A model generated the notes under the pieces. It searched no databases and was not told the DNA's origin. It saw only the letters and a list, made by a program, of their open reading frames with translations. Below are positions 19,503 to 29,573 of a stretch of DNA of 64,000 nt, in pieces (the first letter of the stretch is position 1; each line of letters begins with the position of its first letter). The position numbers and the translations under genes are program-made. The stretch is from a virus: positions 48,768 to 112,767 of the IMG/VR virus record IMGVR_UViG_2716884425_000003, one strand, 5' to 3'.

Positions 19503-20648
19503 TTAGACAGTCATACCGATGATAGCTTTCGCATCGATGCAAACACGACCCTCTTCCAAGAAGCCGTAGAAGCCTGTCTTGTCGGCGCGAGCAGCGAACT
19601 GATCGTCCGGTAAGGCAGTAAACGTGCCACCACTATCATGCTGACGAGCAACCGGGCGAATAAACGCTTCGCGGCTAGCATCGAGACCAACAAGGATCTG
19701 CATTGTGGAGTCAGCCCAAGTAGCATCGCTGCCTGCGGAGTGACCAACACCATTAGCGGAAGAACCCTTAAGGGTATCGTTCAAGAATCCGGTCAACAAC
19801 TGGTTGTACTTCTTACCGTCGCCAAGCTCAAGAAGATCGGTGATTCTCACACCATAGATCTCATTGGTGCCAGCGGCACGATAGATGTCTTCACGAACGT
19901 TATCCGGCAAAGCGGTAGTACCACCTTTAGAACCAGTGCTTTCGTGCATGGGCTGGTAAGCGAATGCGCGAATGTGCTGCTTGATCTCAGGGCTTACGAA
20001 CAAGTCGGTAAGACCGTAGGCGTCACCACCAGCAGGGGTGTGACCAGACCAAGAGGTGCTGAGTCTGCGCATCATGGTTAACATTCTGTTAAGGTCATGC
20101 ACCTTGAATTCGCCAGTGTTAGTAGAACGCAAGATGTGACTGTCGTTGCGTCCACCACCAACAGAGGTGCTGGACTCGGCTAGTGCCTTAAGCACAACAG
20201 ACCAAGCGTTTCTTTCTTGCTTAATCAAAACCTCTTGAGCCATACGCTCGAGAGCTTTGCTGATTACGTCAAGACGACTCTTACGAGCGTACTTTTTCAT
20301 GAAGCTAACCGCACTATCGAGACGATAGGTGGCAATCTTCATTTCTTTTACGCCCTCGACTTGCGAGGTGGGCATGCCGCCAGCAAGGTTTTGAGACCAA
20401 GTAGTTACATAACCTTCGTTCTCATTGTAGTAGAGATCAAGCGGATAGCTAGGGCTATCATCTTCATCATATTCTACATCAGAGAAAACTAGGCTTGCAG
20501 TACCAGCAGTAGCAATCACCTTGGAGATGACAGGACCGATAAAAGCAGCAAAAGCGGAGCCCGCTTCAGCAGCTACTGTATGATCCTTAGAACCGAGAGC
20601 CTTAATAAGCTCAACCTGTTCTGGAGTATTCTTTAATTTTAATTTCAT
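19503..20648 (-). CDS. Major capsid protein (HK97 fold, inferred)
   Basis: 381 aa; follows protease/scaffold and decoration genes; terminator downstream; RLDVISKALERMAQEVLIKQER segment consistent with an HK97-type spine helix. Confidence 0.8.
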   Translation of the reverse strand: MKLKLKNTPEQVELIKALGSKDHTVAAEAGSAFAAFIGPVISKVIATAGTASLVFSDVEYDEDDSPSYPLDLYYNENEGYVTTWSQNLAGGMPTSQVEGVKEMKIATYRLDSAVSFMKKYARKSRLDVISKALERMAQEVLIKQERNAWSVVLKALAESSTSVGGGRNDSHILRSTNTGEFKVHDLNRMLTMMRRLSTSWSGHTPAGGDAYGLTDLFVSPEIKQHIRAFAYQPMHESTGSKGGTTALPDNVREDIYRAAGTNEIYGVRITDLLELGDGKKYNQLLTGFLNDTLKGSSANGVGHSAGSDATWADSTMQILVGLDASREAFIRPVARQHDSGGTFTALPDDQFAARADKTGFYGFLEEGRVCIDAKAIIGMTV

Positions 20649-20688
20649 TTTCTATATTCTCCTATGTTAATTATTTATGTTATACGGC

Positions 20689-21267
20689 TTATCCGTGGTC
20701 GTTAACTCCGTTGAAGTCAAGTTTCACGAGAACTTCGCCATTAGTGTCGCGCGGTCCCAAGAAGGTACCGATACGAAGCAGAGACGAAGGAGCGCTCGCA
20801 TTAGCGATAACAGCGCCAGCGTCGCCAGCATAAGCTTCAGTTCCAGCGTTAATAGTAACACCGTTTGCGTCAGCAGAATCCATGTTGAGAAGGACAACGC
20901 CCTTGGTCAAAACAGGAACTGCTTGGCCGCTAACACAGGTTTGCATTTCATGAGCTTTACGAGGATGGAAGATTAACTTCTCCCCGTTCTCATCGGTTTC
21001 AGCTACGTCATACATAAGCATGCCGAAAGCCGCGTCCCCAGAAGTACAGGTATCTACACGGGCCTTCACGTCGTAACGGTCAGACACGGTATTCGTGTAA
21101 CTTTGGGATGATACTGCAGAAAGACCTAAATCGTCACTCAACTTCCAACCTTTGCCGGTGTCTAGTTTTACAACTAAACCGCGAGTAGCGGCGCTACCGT
21201 CATAGGCGAAGAGATTGACAACGTCGTTTTCATGCACTTGTCTGAATGGTAATAATGTTGATGCCAT
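20689..21267 (-). CDS. Head decoration/cement protein (inferred)
   Basis: Position between scaffold and MCP; FGMLMYDV...GQAVPVLTKG...IGTFLG...VLVKL beta-tulip-like pattern. Confidence 0.6.
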   Translation of the reverse strand: MASTLLPFRQVHENDVVNLFAYDGSAATRGLVVKLDTGKGWKLSDDLGLSAVSSQSYTNTVSDRYDVKARVDTCTSGDAAFGMLMYDVAETDENGEKLIFHPRKAHEMQTCVSGQAVPVLTKGVVLLNMDSADANGVTINAGTEAYAGDAGAVIANASAPSSLLRIGTFLGPRDTNGEVLVKLDFNGVNDHG

Positions 21268-21289
21268 TTTATATATTCTCCTTAATTAT

Positions 21290-22801
21290 TTATCTTTTGT
21301 TAGTATTGATTTCGAATTGATCAAGACCGAAAGCCTTCGCATACTTATCGTAAATGGTTGGCTCAGCAGCCTCGGAACTCACAGGAACTTCATCTTGTTC
21401 GGTTTCTGCGTTTTCTAAAACTTCTTCCACTACTTCTTGAACTGCAGCTTGAGTTTCCTCGGGAAGCTCGGAAGCTACGGCTTCTTGAACTTCTTTAGCT
21501 TCTTCAGCTTTGGCTTCTTCAGCTTTGGCTTCCGCCTCGGCAATAGCAGCCTTGCTTTTTGAGCTAAGAAGAACAGAAAGCTTGCTCTGATATGCAGTGA
21601 AAGCCTCTTCGTCCATGTCCTTAATGTCAGAAGCAATGACTTCACGATCTTCATCGTTAAGCGCATATTCTTCATCCAAACTGGACATGCGTTGGTTAAA
21701 CTTCTCTTCCGCTTCTCTTTCGGCGTTAGCTTTTTCAAGCTCACCTAACGCATCCTTCACTTTAGAAAGCTCGTCAGTAAGCTGATCGTGTTCCGTCTGA
21801 AGAGTTTCGGATTTTTCGGTAGCGGCTTTAAGTGCCTCTTCCTTCTCAGTCATCTCTTCTTGGTACTGATCAGCAGCCTTTTCAAGCTCGCTTTTAATGA
21901 AGTCAGTGATGGTAGAAGCAGACAATTCATTCAACGACTCGTCGTTGATATCTTTTACGTTTTCTATTGTCTTTTTCATAGTTTTTTGTTCACTTGCTTT
22001 ATTTGTTTCTAGTTTAGAGCTATCGCTCTTTTGATGATTGTCCGGAGATCCCTCCTTCTTATCTTCCTCAGTTGCAACCCCTTTGACTTCCGCCGCGGGG
22101 TTTTCAGTGAGTCCGATGCCCAGAGGAACAACTTCGGCCACTACCTGACGATAAACGTTCTTGCCGTCACCCAGCTTTCCGTCACCGCCCATAGCCCTAA
22201 GATGACTACTGAGTTTATCAATTTCTTCCGCTTCCGTAACAAATTGACCATTCTCAATATTTTTTTCATCTTCAGGCAAAATTACCAAGTTGTAGTCAGT
22301 AAATCCTAACTCCCAACTTGCTGAAATCTTTAAATAATTTTCACTAGTAGGATCAGCAGAGTCTTCAATAAGATCTGCCAACTCAGAACTAGCAACCTTC
22401 CAAATAACACCACCCAAGGTAATATTGAAAGGTTCTTTCATCTCACTAACCTGCTCTTCAGTAAGCGGCCTATCTGTTCCGAACTCACTAAAGCCAGCCG
22501 TAAGAATCGTTCCTACAATTCTATCTCTATTATGTTCAATATTGATAGGTTTGTTAATAAAATTTTTATATACTTTTGAAGCCGTGGCGCTGTCAATAAC
22601 ATCACCATTTTTGTTAACCCTATTTGCCACACAAGCATTAAAAGCAATGGGTAATAAATCTACGTCTTTCTTTGTATCCACGTCTGGAATAAAATCAGCC
22701 ACTTCCATCAAGCTGGCCATAGCCAAATACTGATCTTTTTCTTCGGATACTAAAGGCTTCAATGTAGAACTAAAGCTAGTAATGTATTTAAATTTCTTCA
22801 T
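21290..22801 (-). CDS. Prohead protease fused to acidic coiled-coil scaffold
   Basis: NKNGD...KPINIEHNRDRIVG (His) and ISASWE (Ser) motifs; long E/K/A-rich C-terminal half. Confidence 0.7.
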   Translation of the reverse strand: MKKFKYITSFSSTLKPLVSEEKDQYLAMASLMEVADFIPDVDTKKDVDLLPIAFNACVANRVNKNGDVIDSATASKVYKNFINKPINIEHNRDRIVGTILTAGFSEFGTDRPLTEEQVSEMKEPFNITLGGVIWKVASSELADLIEDSADPTSENYLKISASWELGFTDYNLVILPEDEKNIENGQFVTEAEEIDKLSSHLRAMGGDGKLGDGKNVYRQVVAEVVPLGIGLTENPAAEVKGVATEEDKKEGSPDNHQKSDSSKLETNKASEQKTMKKTIENVKDINDESLNELSASTITDFIKSELEKAADQYQEEMTEKEEALKAATEKSETLQTEHDQLTDELSKVKDALGELEKANAEREAEEKFNQRMSSLDEEYALNDEDREVIASDIKDMDEEAFTAYQSKLSVLLSSKSKAAIAEAEAKAEEAKAEEAKEVQEAVASELPEETQAAVQEVVEEVLENAETEQDEVPVSSEAAEPTIYDKYAKAFGLDQFEINTNKR

Positions 22802-23328
22802 TAATCAAGTCCCTTCACTTTTCTATATAGATTCTTGTAGTACTCGTTCATGTTTCTGGGATTTTCTAAGCCTTTGGTTTTAGGCATGTACTGTGACAAG
22901 TCTACCTGTTCTCCTCCATCAACATCTCTATCGACGTCATATTCATGCTGATTTCTAGGATTCTCCAAGCCTTTTGTTTTGGGTTGAGGGGGAACAATCT
23001 CACCGTCTTCTGCTTTAGCCATTGGTGGAGCGCTGGGACCAGTAACCATTATCTTTGGATCTTTCTTTTTTTTCTTCTTCTTCTTTTTATCCTCGTCTTT
23101 ATGATAAGCTTCGGCTTCTTCTTCGTTAGCAAACATATTGGAAGCATAAGGCATTCTGTTTGGTAGGATTAAGTTGGTGGCTGTAACCGTACCATACTTA
23201 ACGTACATTTTACCCAAAGAGCACCCGCAACTCGGACAATTCATGTCGTGTTGTTGTAACGGCTTATGATCATCGTCTTGATGATAAGCCTTACATTGTT
23301 TAATTTTATCAGTAAAATCGACTTCCAT
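22801..23328 (-). CDS. Hypothetical protein with CPSCGC motif, poly-Lys tract and internal repeat
   Basis: PKTKGLENPRN occurs twice. Confidence 0.6.
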   Translation of the reverse strand: MEVDFTDKIKQCKAYHQDDDHKPLQQHDMNCPSCGCSLGKMYVKYGTVTATNLILPNRMPYASNMFANEEEAEAYHKDEDKKKKKKKKKDPKIMVTGPSAPPMAKAEDGEIVPPQPKTKGLENPRNQHEYDVDRDVDGGEQVDLSQYMPKTKGLENPRNMNEYYKNLYRKVKGLD

Positions 23329-23332
23329 TTTT

Positions 23333-23863
23333 TTATCCCCAAATAATATCTAGTTTTTCGTAGTCATCAAGATATAACTCATTTACATCTTGAAATTTAT
23401 AAGTTAAGCCAAAAGATTCAATCTCTTCTGTAGCTTTAATAAAATCATCATCAATCGGCACTAAGCCTTGGGTTAAATCTACGAAAGAATCTACTTTTAC
23501 TCTGTTTTGAAATGTTAGCTCTTTTATTTCGATTTGTTCGTTCATCGCTGAGGCTTGTTGATAAACAACTTTACCTTCTCTTTTCATTCGTAAAAACATA
23601 TTAACCCGGGCCAGCGCGTGCAGCCCTTTTTCTTCCGCTTGAGTTAAAGCTCCTGTTCTGTATACTTTTTTAAGTTGTTGGATCGTAACTTTTGACTCGT
23701 GTTCTTGATTGTGCTCTTTTGCTTTTTGCTCTAACGCAATAACGACATTAGAAGAGAACTGGATAGCTTCCTCTTCAGAAGTGCGCGCATCATCAACCTT
23801 ACCCTGATCATTTTGATCAGAAGCTAAGTTTACTTCAAAGTTCTCAAACTCAAGTTTGTCCAT
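23333..23863 (-). CDS. Conserved-looking phage head-region hypothetical protein
   Basis: LKKVYRTGA...ALARVNMFLRM motif. Confidence 0.65.
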   Translation of the reverse strand: MDKLEFENFEVNLASDQNDQGKVDDARTSEEEAIQFSSNVVIALEQKAKEHNQEHESKVTIQQLKKVYRTGALTQAEEKGLHALARVNMFLRMKREGKVVYQQASAMNEQIEIKELTFQNRVKVDSFVDLTQGLVPIDDDFIKATEEIESFGLTYKFQDVNELYLDDYEKLDIIWG

Positions 23864-24001
23864 ATAAGATATATATCTAAAAATTTTATTGCAATAAGAG
23901 CTAATAATTTATACACCTATTTTAGCCTAATTATCCTTAAAACTAAAAAAAAATAACCCCCCACGTTAAATGGGAGGTCTGCTAATTCTCTAGGGAGAAT
24001 T

Positions 24002-24232
24002 CTACTTCTTCTTCTTGCCATCTCCTACGTCCAATGAAGGGGCCGGAACGGACACCTCCACCAGAGGGGCGACAAGGGAAACGCCTTCCTTACCAGCGCT
24101 TGCTCCAAGTAGTTTATTGTCAGTGTTAGCCTTGGGCCCTAAAGTAACCGAAGGCAAGTTTTGAGTTACGGCACAACCCACAGAACTAGCTGTGAGAAGT
24201 GCCCCGATACAGATAATTTTAATAGTTTTCAT
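24002..24232 (-). CDS. Small lipoprotein
   Basis: MKTIKIICIGALLTASSVGC signal peptide with lipobox. Confidence 0.65.
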   Translation of the reverse strand: MKTIKIICIGALLTASSVGCAVTQNLPSVTLGPKANTDNKLLGASAGKEGVSLVAPLVEVSVPAPSLDVGDGKKKK

Positions 24233-24338
24233 CTTATATATTAAAAAGTCCCCTAATAGGGACTGTTTAAATGATAACAGAAATCTATTGAAAAAGCAAG
24301 TAAAATTTCTCGGTCACGCCGAGTTTTTATCTAAATAT

Positions 24339-24476
24339 TCACTTACAGGAGCAATTGCAGTCTTCAACGGCGCAGCTACCACTTTCACAGCAGCCGGCTT
24401 CACACGAGCAATCGTTAGAGCTTAAATTACAACCGATGGCAAATAGCCCCACAAATAATGCTAATAATTTTTTCAT
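24339..24476 (-). CDS. Unannotated 45-aa Cys-rich (metallothionein-like) lipoprotein
   Basis: Manual translation MKKLLALFVGLFAIGCNLSSNDCSCEAGCCESGSCAVEDCNCSCK; ATG overlaps the TGA of the upstream gene (ATGA). Confidence 0.8.
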   Translation of the reverse strand: MKKLLALFVGLFAIGCNLSSNDCSCEAGCCESGSCAVEDCNCSCK

Positions 24477-25012
24477 GATGTGTCTTTCTTTTTAATTAAA
24501 TATATTAAGTCTATTACGGTATCTTTACCCCAAAAAGTCTTAACCTTGTCTATAGGATATACAACCCAATGATACTGCTGTGTAAAAAATTTACCATGAA
24601 TCAAGACAATTGCAATATCTTTTTTTGCGTCTAATTCATCTATTTTTTTTAATTTTACTATTTCAAGCCCATGCTTGTTTAATACATCTACAATCTCAGA
24701 CGGCCAAGTTATATTAACAGCCGTTGGACTAAAAAAAGACAGTAGCTGCCTAGAGGCGAAGCCACTGTCTTGTATTGTTTGACTAATTTGTTTTCTAGTC
24801 GCAGGCTTTTTCGCAGGTTCGGCCTCTTTACGAGCGTAATACTCATTAATCGCCTTTTCTAAAGCGATAGGACCGCAAGCATTATAATGCTTTACAAAAT
24901 AGCCGTCTGAATCTTTTTTAAGATTGGGACTCGATATATGACACCCAAGGGTTGTCATCGTCACCAGAATCAGAATCATCAGACGCTTCATGATTGTGAT
25001 CATTTTCTTCAT
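24473..25012 (-). CDS. Lipoprotein with C39-like peptidase domain
   Basis: MTTLGC lipobox; NACGPIAL (Cys) and YHWVV (His); start may be 24991. Confidence 0.6.
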   Translation of the reverse strand: MKKMITIMKRLMILILVTMTTLGCHISSPNLKKDSDGYFVKHYNACGPIALEKAINEYYARKEAEPAKKPATRKQISQTIQDSGFASRQLLSFFSPTAVNITWPSEIVDVLNKHGLEIVKLKKIDELDAKKDIAIVLIHGKFFTQQYHWVVYPIDKVKTFWGKDTVIDLIYLIKKKDTS

Positions 25013-25142
25013 CTAAAGTATCTTCATCTAATAAGTGATCGTTATCCACGACCTCTTCTTCAACGACAACCTCTTCAACAACCTTTTCTACTGGTTGAGG
25101 CGCTACATGTTGTGCTGCTCTCCAATTTCCTCTTCTACTCAT
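24918..25142 (-). CDS. Highly acidic hypothetical protein
   Basis: D/E-rich 74-aa ORF; overlaps the start of the downstream lipoprotein. Confidence 0.5.
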   Translation of the reverse strand: MSRRGNWRAAQHVAPQPVEKVVEEVVVEEEVVDNDHLLDEDTLDEENDHNHEASDDSDSGDDDNPWVSYIESQS

Positions 25143-25155
25143 ATTTATTCCTTTG

Positions 25156-25434
25156 TTAAGGGTTGATTATATAATACACTAAATTAAAAGCTAGGCTAAC
25201 ACCTAAAATACACGCAAGAACTATTATAATCATTCTTTCCAGCGTGACCTTCATAGAAGACTGCCCAATTTTTTTCTTAGGAATTCTCAAGTCGGTCACT
25301 TTCTTTTCTGCCATCTCTGACCCGGGAATTATCCACCAATCCCCATGCTTATCTTGGATCGCCCAATCCTTTTTTTTCTTATGCCACCAATGGGCTTTCT
25401 TCCAAGTGTCTTTATTTAATTTAAATAGACTCAT
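25156..25434 (-). CDS. Hypothetical protein with C-terminal TM helix
   Basis: MIIIVLACILGVSLAFNLVYYII. Confidence 0.6.
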   Translation of the reverse strand: MSLFKLNKDTWKKAHWWHKKKKDWAIQDKHGDWWIIPGSEMAEKKVTDLRIPKKKIGQSSMKVTLERMIIIVLACILGVSLAFNLVYYIINP

Positions 25435-25870
25435 CTGTAGTCCAGTTCGCTTCGCTGCGATTTTTTCCGTCGTTAGGTAATTCGTCTGGCAAAAGGCCGC
25501 CGTCTCTCAAACGCTTCATTAGCTCTTGAATAATCTTGTTCTGATAATCTATTTGCATTTTTTGCTGATTTAATATCGTGACCAATCTATTTATAATTTG
25601 TCCTTGTTCGGTTAGTCCAGCACTTTGTTTTTCCATTGCATCTTCATAAGCTAAAATTGTATCTCTTTGATCCTGTACTAAACCATAAGCTTCGATATGA
25701 TCTTTTTCCATGTCCTTTATGATTTTTTGATAGTCGGCTGCGGTTTTAATGTTGTAACTGAAAGCGCCAATTAAAATTAATAAAACAACAATAGTAGATA
25801 TGAAGTTTTCTTTTAGGTGATGCCACAAAGATACAGAGTGACCCTTAATGCTTAGTAGGAGTTTTTTCAT
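25421..25870 (-). CDS. N-terminally anchored coiled-coil protein (spanin-like, tentative)
   Basis: TM ISTIVVLLILIGAFSY followed by a heptad-rich region. Confidence 0.45.
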   Translation of the reverse strand: MKKLLLSIKGHSVSLWHHLKENFISTIVVLLILIGAFSYNIKTAADYQKIIKDMEKDHIEAYGLVQDQRDTILAYEDAMEKQSAGLTEQGQIINRLVTILNQQKMQIDYQNKIIQELMKRLRDGGLLPDELPNDGKNRSEANWTTDESI

Positions 25871-25872
25871 AA

Positions 25873-26064
25873 TTAGAAAAAGAATTTGTTTTTAGCCTTT
25901 TCATGCTTATTCCTAATTTTATTAGCTAGCCTTTTATCGACCATTGCTAATACAAATCTAGCCTTTTTAGAAAAGCTATTCTGCACGGGGTCTTTTTTGG
26001 CGGCATCAATGTACTCTTGTTCCATCTCAGCCAAGACCCCACGTATTTCTGGGTAGGTTAGCAC
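25873..26064 (-). CDS. Hypothetical protein
   Basis: ORF track; start uncertain. Confidence 0.5.
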   Translation of the reverse strand: MLTYPEIRGVLAEMEQEYIDAAKKDPVQNSFSKKARFVLAMVDKRLANKIRNKHEKAKNKFFF

Positions 26065-26098
26065 ATATATAATTACACCTTATTGGCAAAAAATACTG

Positions 26099-26269
26099 CT
26101 AACTCTTCTTTTTGGTATCTAACTCTCTGACTTCGTGAATGTTAGGATCGGCATTGAGTTGTTCTAAAACTATTTCAATAGCTTGTTGAACCTTTTGATG
26201 TTCGTCCCAAGTTAGCTTGTTCGCTCTTGCTAATTTTACCAGTAAATTAAATGCTGCCTCTACATTCAT
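26099..26269 (-). CDS. Unannotated 56-aa hypothetical protein
   Basis: Manual translation MNVEAAFNLLVKLARANKLTWDEHQKVQQAIEIVLEQLNADPNIHEVRELDTKKKS; fills the intergenic gap. Confidence 0.6.
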   Translation of the reverse strand: MNVEAAFNLLVKLARANKLTWDEHQKVQQAIEIVLEQLNADPNIHEVRELDTKKKS

Positions 26270-26283
26270 AATATATTATACTT

Positions 26284-27480
26284 TTAAAAAGGCGGATACA
26301 TAAATGAAGTTCCTGACTGAACAGTGGGAATTTTTCCAGTCACAAAAACTCCTTCTGTTTTATTTTCTAAATCCATGTAATTATTAAACTCCATAGAGAC
26401 AGTCTTATTAGAGTTTATAGAGTTTGAATAAGACACTGTCGATAATTTAGCTCCAGAAAAAATATACTTAGACAGAACTTCACTACTTTTACTTCTTAAT
26501 TCAACTTCGATGTTAAACCTGTCATTCTCATTAGCGTTATCCAAAAAGCTGCCAGTAATACTTTCTTTTACCACAGCCTCTAAGGATAGAGAGTTGTTCA
26601 TAACGACGTTCGGCTTTCTGTCTGAAATTAATTTATGACCGACATAAGAAATAGCTTCTCTTCGTATATCTGTGGAAATAGATAAAGAGTTTATGTGGTC
26701 ATCCAAAAAACCAGTTACTCCACTTTGAGTTGTGCTTGTAATCGTTAGATTAGAATGAGAGTACGTTGATGTGAAATCTCCCGTGTAGTTTGCGTCATCT
26801 TTAAATTTTTTGGGTACGATAAATTCTACCCCGCTATTTGATACTGTGCCGTTTTGCGTGTTTAATACTGGAATACCAATACCACTACCCGACGAATAAG
26901 CAATCATATTGTCTCCAACATAATTTACATCAACAGTTGGTAATGCACCAGCAGATATATTAACAGCGTAACTTGATAAGTAACAATTTTGAAAAGAAAC
27001 TACACCGTAATTTTTGGCTTTGGGATCACCTATATACCCCTCAGTTAAACTATCTCCTTCGAGCTCTATTTGGGTACTGTCCCAGTTTTCCGTCTGTCTT
27101 ATATCTTCTTCTCGATCGTTTATAACTAAATAAACATTTCTTTTATCATTCGAGCTAGAAGACACCATGTCTTGAGTAAGACAATTAGCGACCCCCGTGG
27201 TTAACCCTATCTTCTTCTCATTGTCCGCGCCATTTACGTAATAACTAAAAGATAGACTAACTTCCGGAGGTTGGCTAACATCCCTAGAAAATGGTTTACT
27301 TTTGCCAAGGGTAGAAGAGTCTTCTTGATTGAAGGTAATAGAATAATTAAAATTCTGTATTCGATTTAATCTTTTTAAAATTTGATGACTAGCTATCGAC
27401 GTAACAACGCTATCAGTTTCGTTAGGCGTAGATCCTACGAATACGTCTTGGACATTATGAATAACTCTATTCCTAGACAT
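26284..27480 (-). CDS. Putative tail tube protein
   Basis: LNRIQNFNYSITF...PPEVSLSFSYY beta-rich pattern with an internally repeated half (INSLSISTDIRREAISYVG). Confidence 0.55.
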   Translation of the reverse strand: MSRNRVIHNVQDVFVGSTPNETDSVVTSIASHQILKRLNRIQNFNYSITFNQEDSSTLGKSKPFSRDVSQPPEVSLSFSYYVNGADNEKKIGLTTGVANCLTQDMVSSSSNDKRNVYLVINDREEDIRQTENWDSTQIELEGDSLTEGYIGDPKAKNYGVVSFQNCYLSSYAVNISAGALPTVDVNYVGDNMIAYSSGSGIGIPVLNTQNGTVSNSGVEFIVPKKFKDDANYTGDFTSTYSHSNLTITSTTQSGVTGFLDDHINSLSISTDIRREAISYVGHKLISDRKPNVVMNNSLSLEAVVKESITGSFLDNANENDRFNIEVELRSKSSEVLSKYIFSGAKLSTVSYSNSINSNKTVSMEFNNYMDLENKTEGVFVTGKIPTVQSGTSFMYPPF

Positions 27481-27481
27481 G

Positions 27482-29551
27482 TCATTTTTTACTTAAGTAT
27501 AAAATACTAGCGAGATAATCGTCAACCTGATGCTCGGCCGCGAGAGATTGAATTTGCTCTATCCTGTCCGGATTAGTATCCACAGGGTTAGCTACATATT
27601 CTTTAACCTTCTTGGTCCAATTTTCAGGCTCTTCATTAGCGACGATAACTTTGGTAATATCAAAAGCGATTGCTTTTTGTTGTTCGTCTAGCTGTTTAAT
27701 TTTATGCTTTCTTTTTAAAGAGGTTTCTACTTTTTTGTTCAACTTATCTGCTTCGATAAACGAATCTTTTACTTTAGATAATAAGAAGTTATACTCCTTA
27801 TATTTTTTACCCTCTTTTGTATATTTCGCTCCAATGGGAGTAACCTTTTTAGTTGTTTGCGGAGCGTCTGTTCCAGCAGGGCGTCCTGTTTCATTCGAGG
27901 GTTTGGCGGCGGGAGGAGCTTGCTTCGGTGCTTCATTTTCTTTTTGCTCCAAAGACTTCTCTTGCATTTTTACTTGCATGTCCATCTGTTCCCCCTGCAT
28001 TTCTTTTTGTGTATGTGGACCCCCAACTAATGGTTCGTATAACCCTTTTTCTTTTAAGCTTTTTAGATCTTCTTGAGATTCTATGGAGTCTTCTGGTAAG
28101 GGTAGCCTGCCATTTTCAATCGCTTGTATACCCTCTTCCGGAGTTAAGATTCCCATCTCAACAAACCTAGCGTAAATTCTAGATAAAGTTGGATCGTCTC
28201 TTAGTGACAATTTATGAAAGTTAACCTTGGGATAATTTTTAAAACCAAGACTTTTAGATATCCTTTTAATTTCTGGCATCAAGAATTGATTTATAAAAGC
28301 TTGTCTGGCCTGCTTCAATCTTGAAATAAACATTTCTACCTTAATTGATTGATTAGCAAATTTTTCGTCGCTGCCTGTTACCATAGCGGTTAGCCCCATA
28401 GCGATATCCCTATCAACGACTTGATATTTTTTAGGATCTAGAATGTTGCCGATCTCTGGGATAACAAATTGAGCTTTAGTTGTATAGTCAGCAATCAAGA
28501 CTCTTCCAACAGACTCGTTTGTGAAAAGATTTTGCATAGCCGAAAGGTTATTTTGGTTTACTCCGCCTTTGTCTGGATCTGTACCCATCGTTACTAGCAA
28601 AATGGTTTGCTGCATAGTTCTTGAAACAGCCATATCCATTTTTTTCATTTCGGCTTTATAATTAATATCGTCTAAAACCGGATAACCCATTGGCACAGCT
28701 AGCGGTTCGTAATCTTGTTTCTTGTAAAAGACTGCGCAGATTTTTTCTTTGTTTAGTGGCATTACTACGCTAGCATTTCCTTTTTTAGCAATTTGCTCTC
28801 TAGTCTCCGGCGGTAAACCTTTAAGAACCTCTTTATCTTCATCTGTCTGTGGGTTTCTTAATCTAGAAAGTTCGTAACCATTCATGACCTTGTAGTAAAC
28901 GCTAGCATTGAAAGATATGTTACCACCGGTTTGAATATCTGCAGGGTTTAAAATCGTATACTTAGCGGGTATGACATACTTATCGTTCGCTGCGGCCAAA
29001 CCAAATGTTTGGGTCATTTTATTTAAATCCGACTTTCTTATTTTTGAGTCAAATCTATACACAAAAACATTTCCACTGCGATAGTATTCTCTAAAAAATT
29101 TATCTTGTAAATTCCAAACGTTAATTTTATCAAAAAGCGCTCTAAAAAAATCTCTAGACTTTTTACTACCTCCGGTCAAATAAATGTCACTACAAGAGAA
29201 TTCAGACATCATATCTATCGCATTTCTAAATACGGCAAAATTGTAATAAGCCTTTTGACATAACATTACAGTATCTCTAATATCGATATGAGATGTTTTG
29301 TTACCGTAGCCTGTTGTACTGTAGTTAAATGGAACTACGCCCTTATCAATATTCTCAAACCTGTGAAGTTGATTGATTCTTGAGCTTTTATTCGATCTCG
29401 TACGAGTAGTCGTAGTAGAAGCGCTAGTTTCGCTCATTAAAGGCATTGCAGACGCAGCGATTTCTTGCTGCTCTTCTTCCGCCTTAGTTACCCTTTTTTT
29501 GCGAGTGGTAGAAGGGGTTGTCTTTTTTGGGCTATTTTGACCTTTTTTCAT
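27482..29551 (-). CDS. Portal protein (inferred)
   Basis: Immediately downstream of terminase; YYNFAVFRNAIDMMSEF and FFREYYRSGNVFVY portal-like segments. Confidence 0.75.
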   Translation of the reverse strand: MKKGQNSPKKTTPSTTRKKRVTKAEEEQQEIAASAMPLMSETSASTTTTRTRSNKSSRINQLHRFENIDKGVVPFNYSTTGYGNKTSHIDIRDTVMLCQKAYYNFAVFRNAIDMMSEFSCSDIYLTGGSKKSRDFFRALFDKINVWNLQDKFFREYYRSGNVFVYRFDSKIRKSDLNKMTQTFGLAAANDKYVIPAKYTILNPADIQTGGNISFNASVYYKVMNGYELSRLRNPQTDEDKEVLKGLPPETREQIAKKGNASVVMPLNKEKICAVFYKKQDYEPLAVPMGYPVLDDINYKAEMKKMDMAVSRTMQQTILLVTMGTDPDKGGVNQNNLSAMQNLFTNESVGRVLIADYTTKAQFVIPEIGNILDPKKYQVVDRDIAMGLTAMVTGSDEKFANQSIKVEMFISRLKQARQAFINQFLMPEIKRISKSLGFKNYPKVNFHKLSLRDDPTLSRIYARFVEMGILTPEEGIQAIENGRLPLPEDSIESQEDLKSLKEKGLYEPLVGGPHTQKEMQGEQMDMQVKMQEKSLEQKENEAPKQAPPAAKPSNETGRPAGTDAPQTTKKVTPIGAKYTKEGKKYKEYNFLLSKVKDSFIEADKLNKKVETSLKRKHKIKQLDEQQKAIAFDITKVIVANEEPENWTKKVKEYVANPVDTNPDRIEQIQSLAAEHQVDDYLASILYLSKK

Positions 29552-29573
29552 CTCTTTAATACTTACACTTAAA

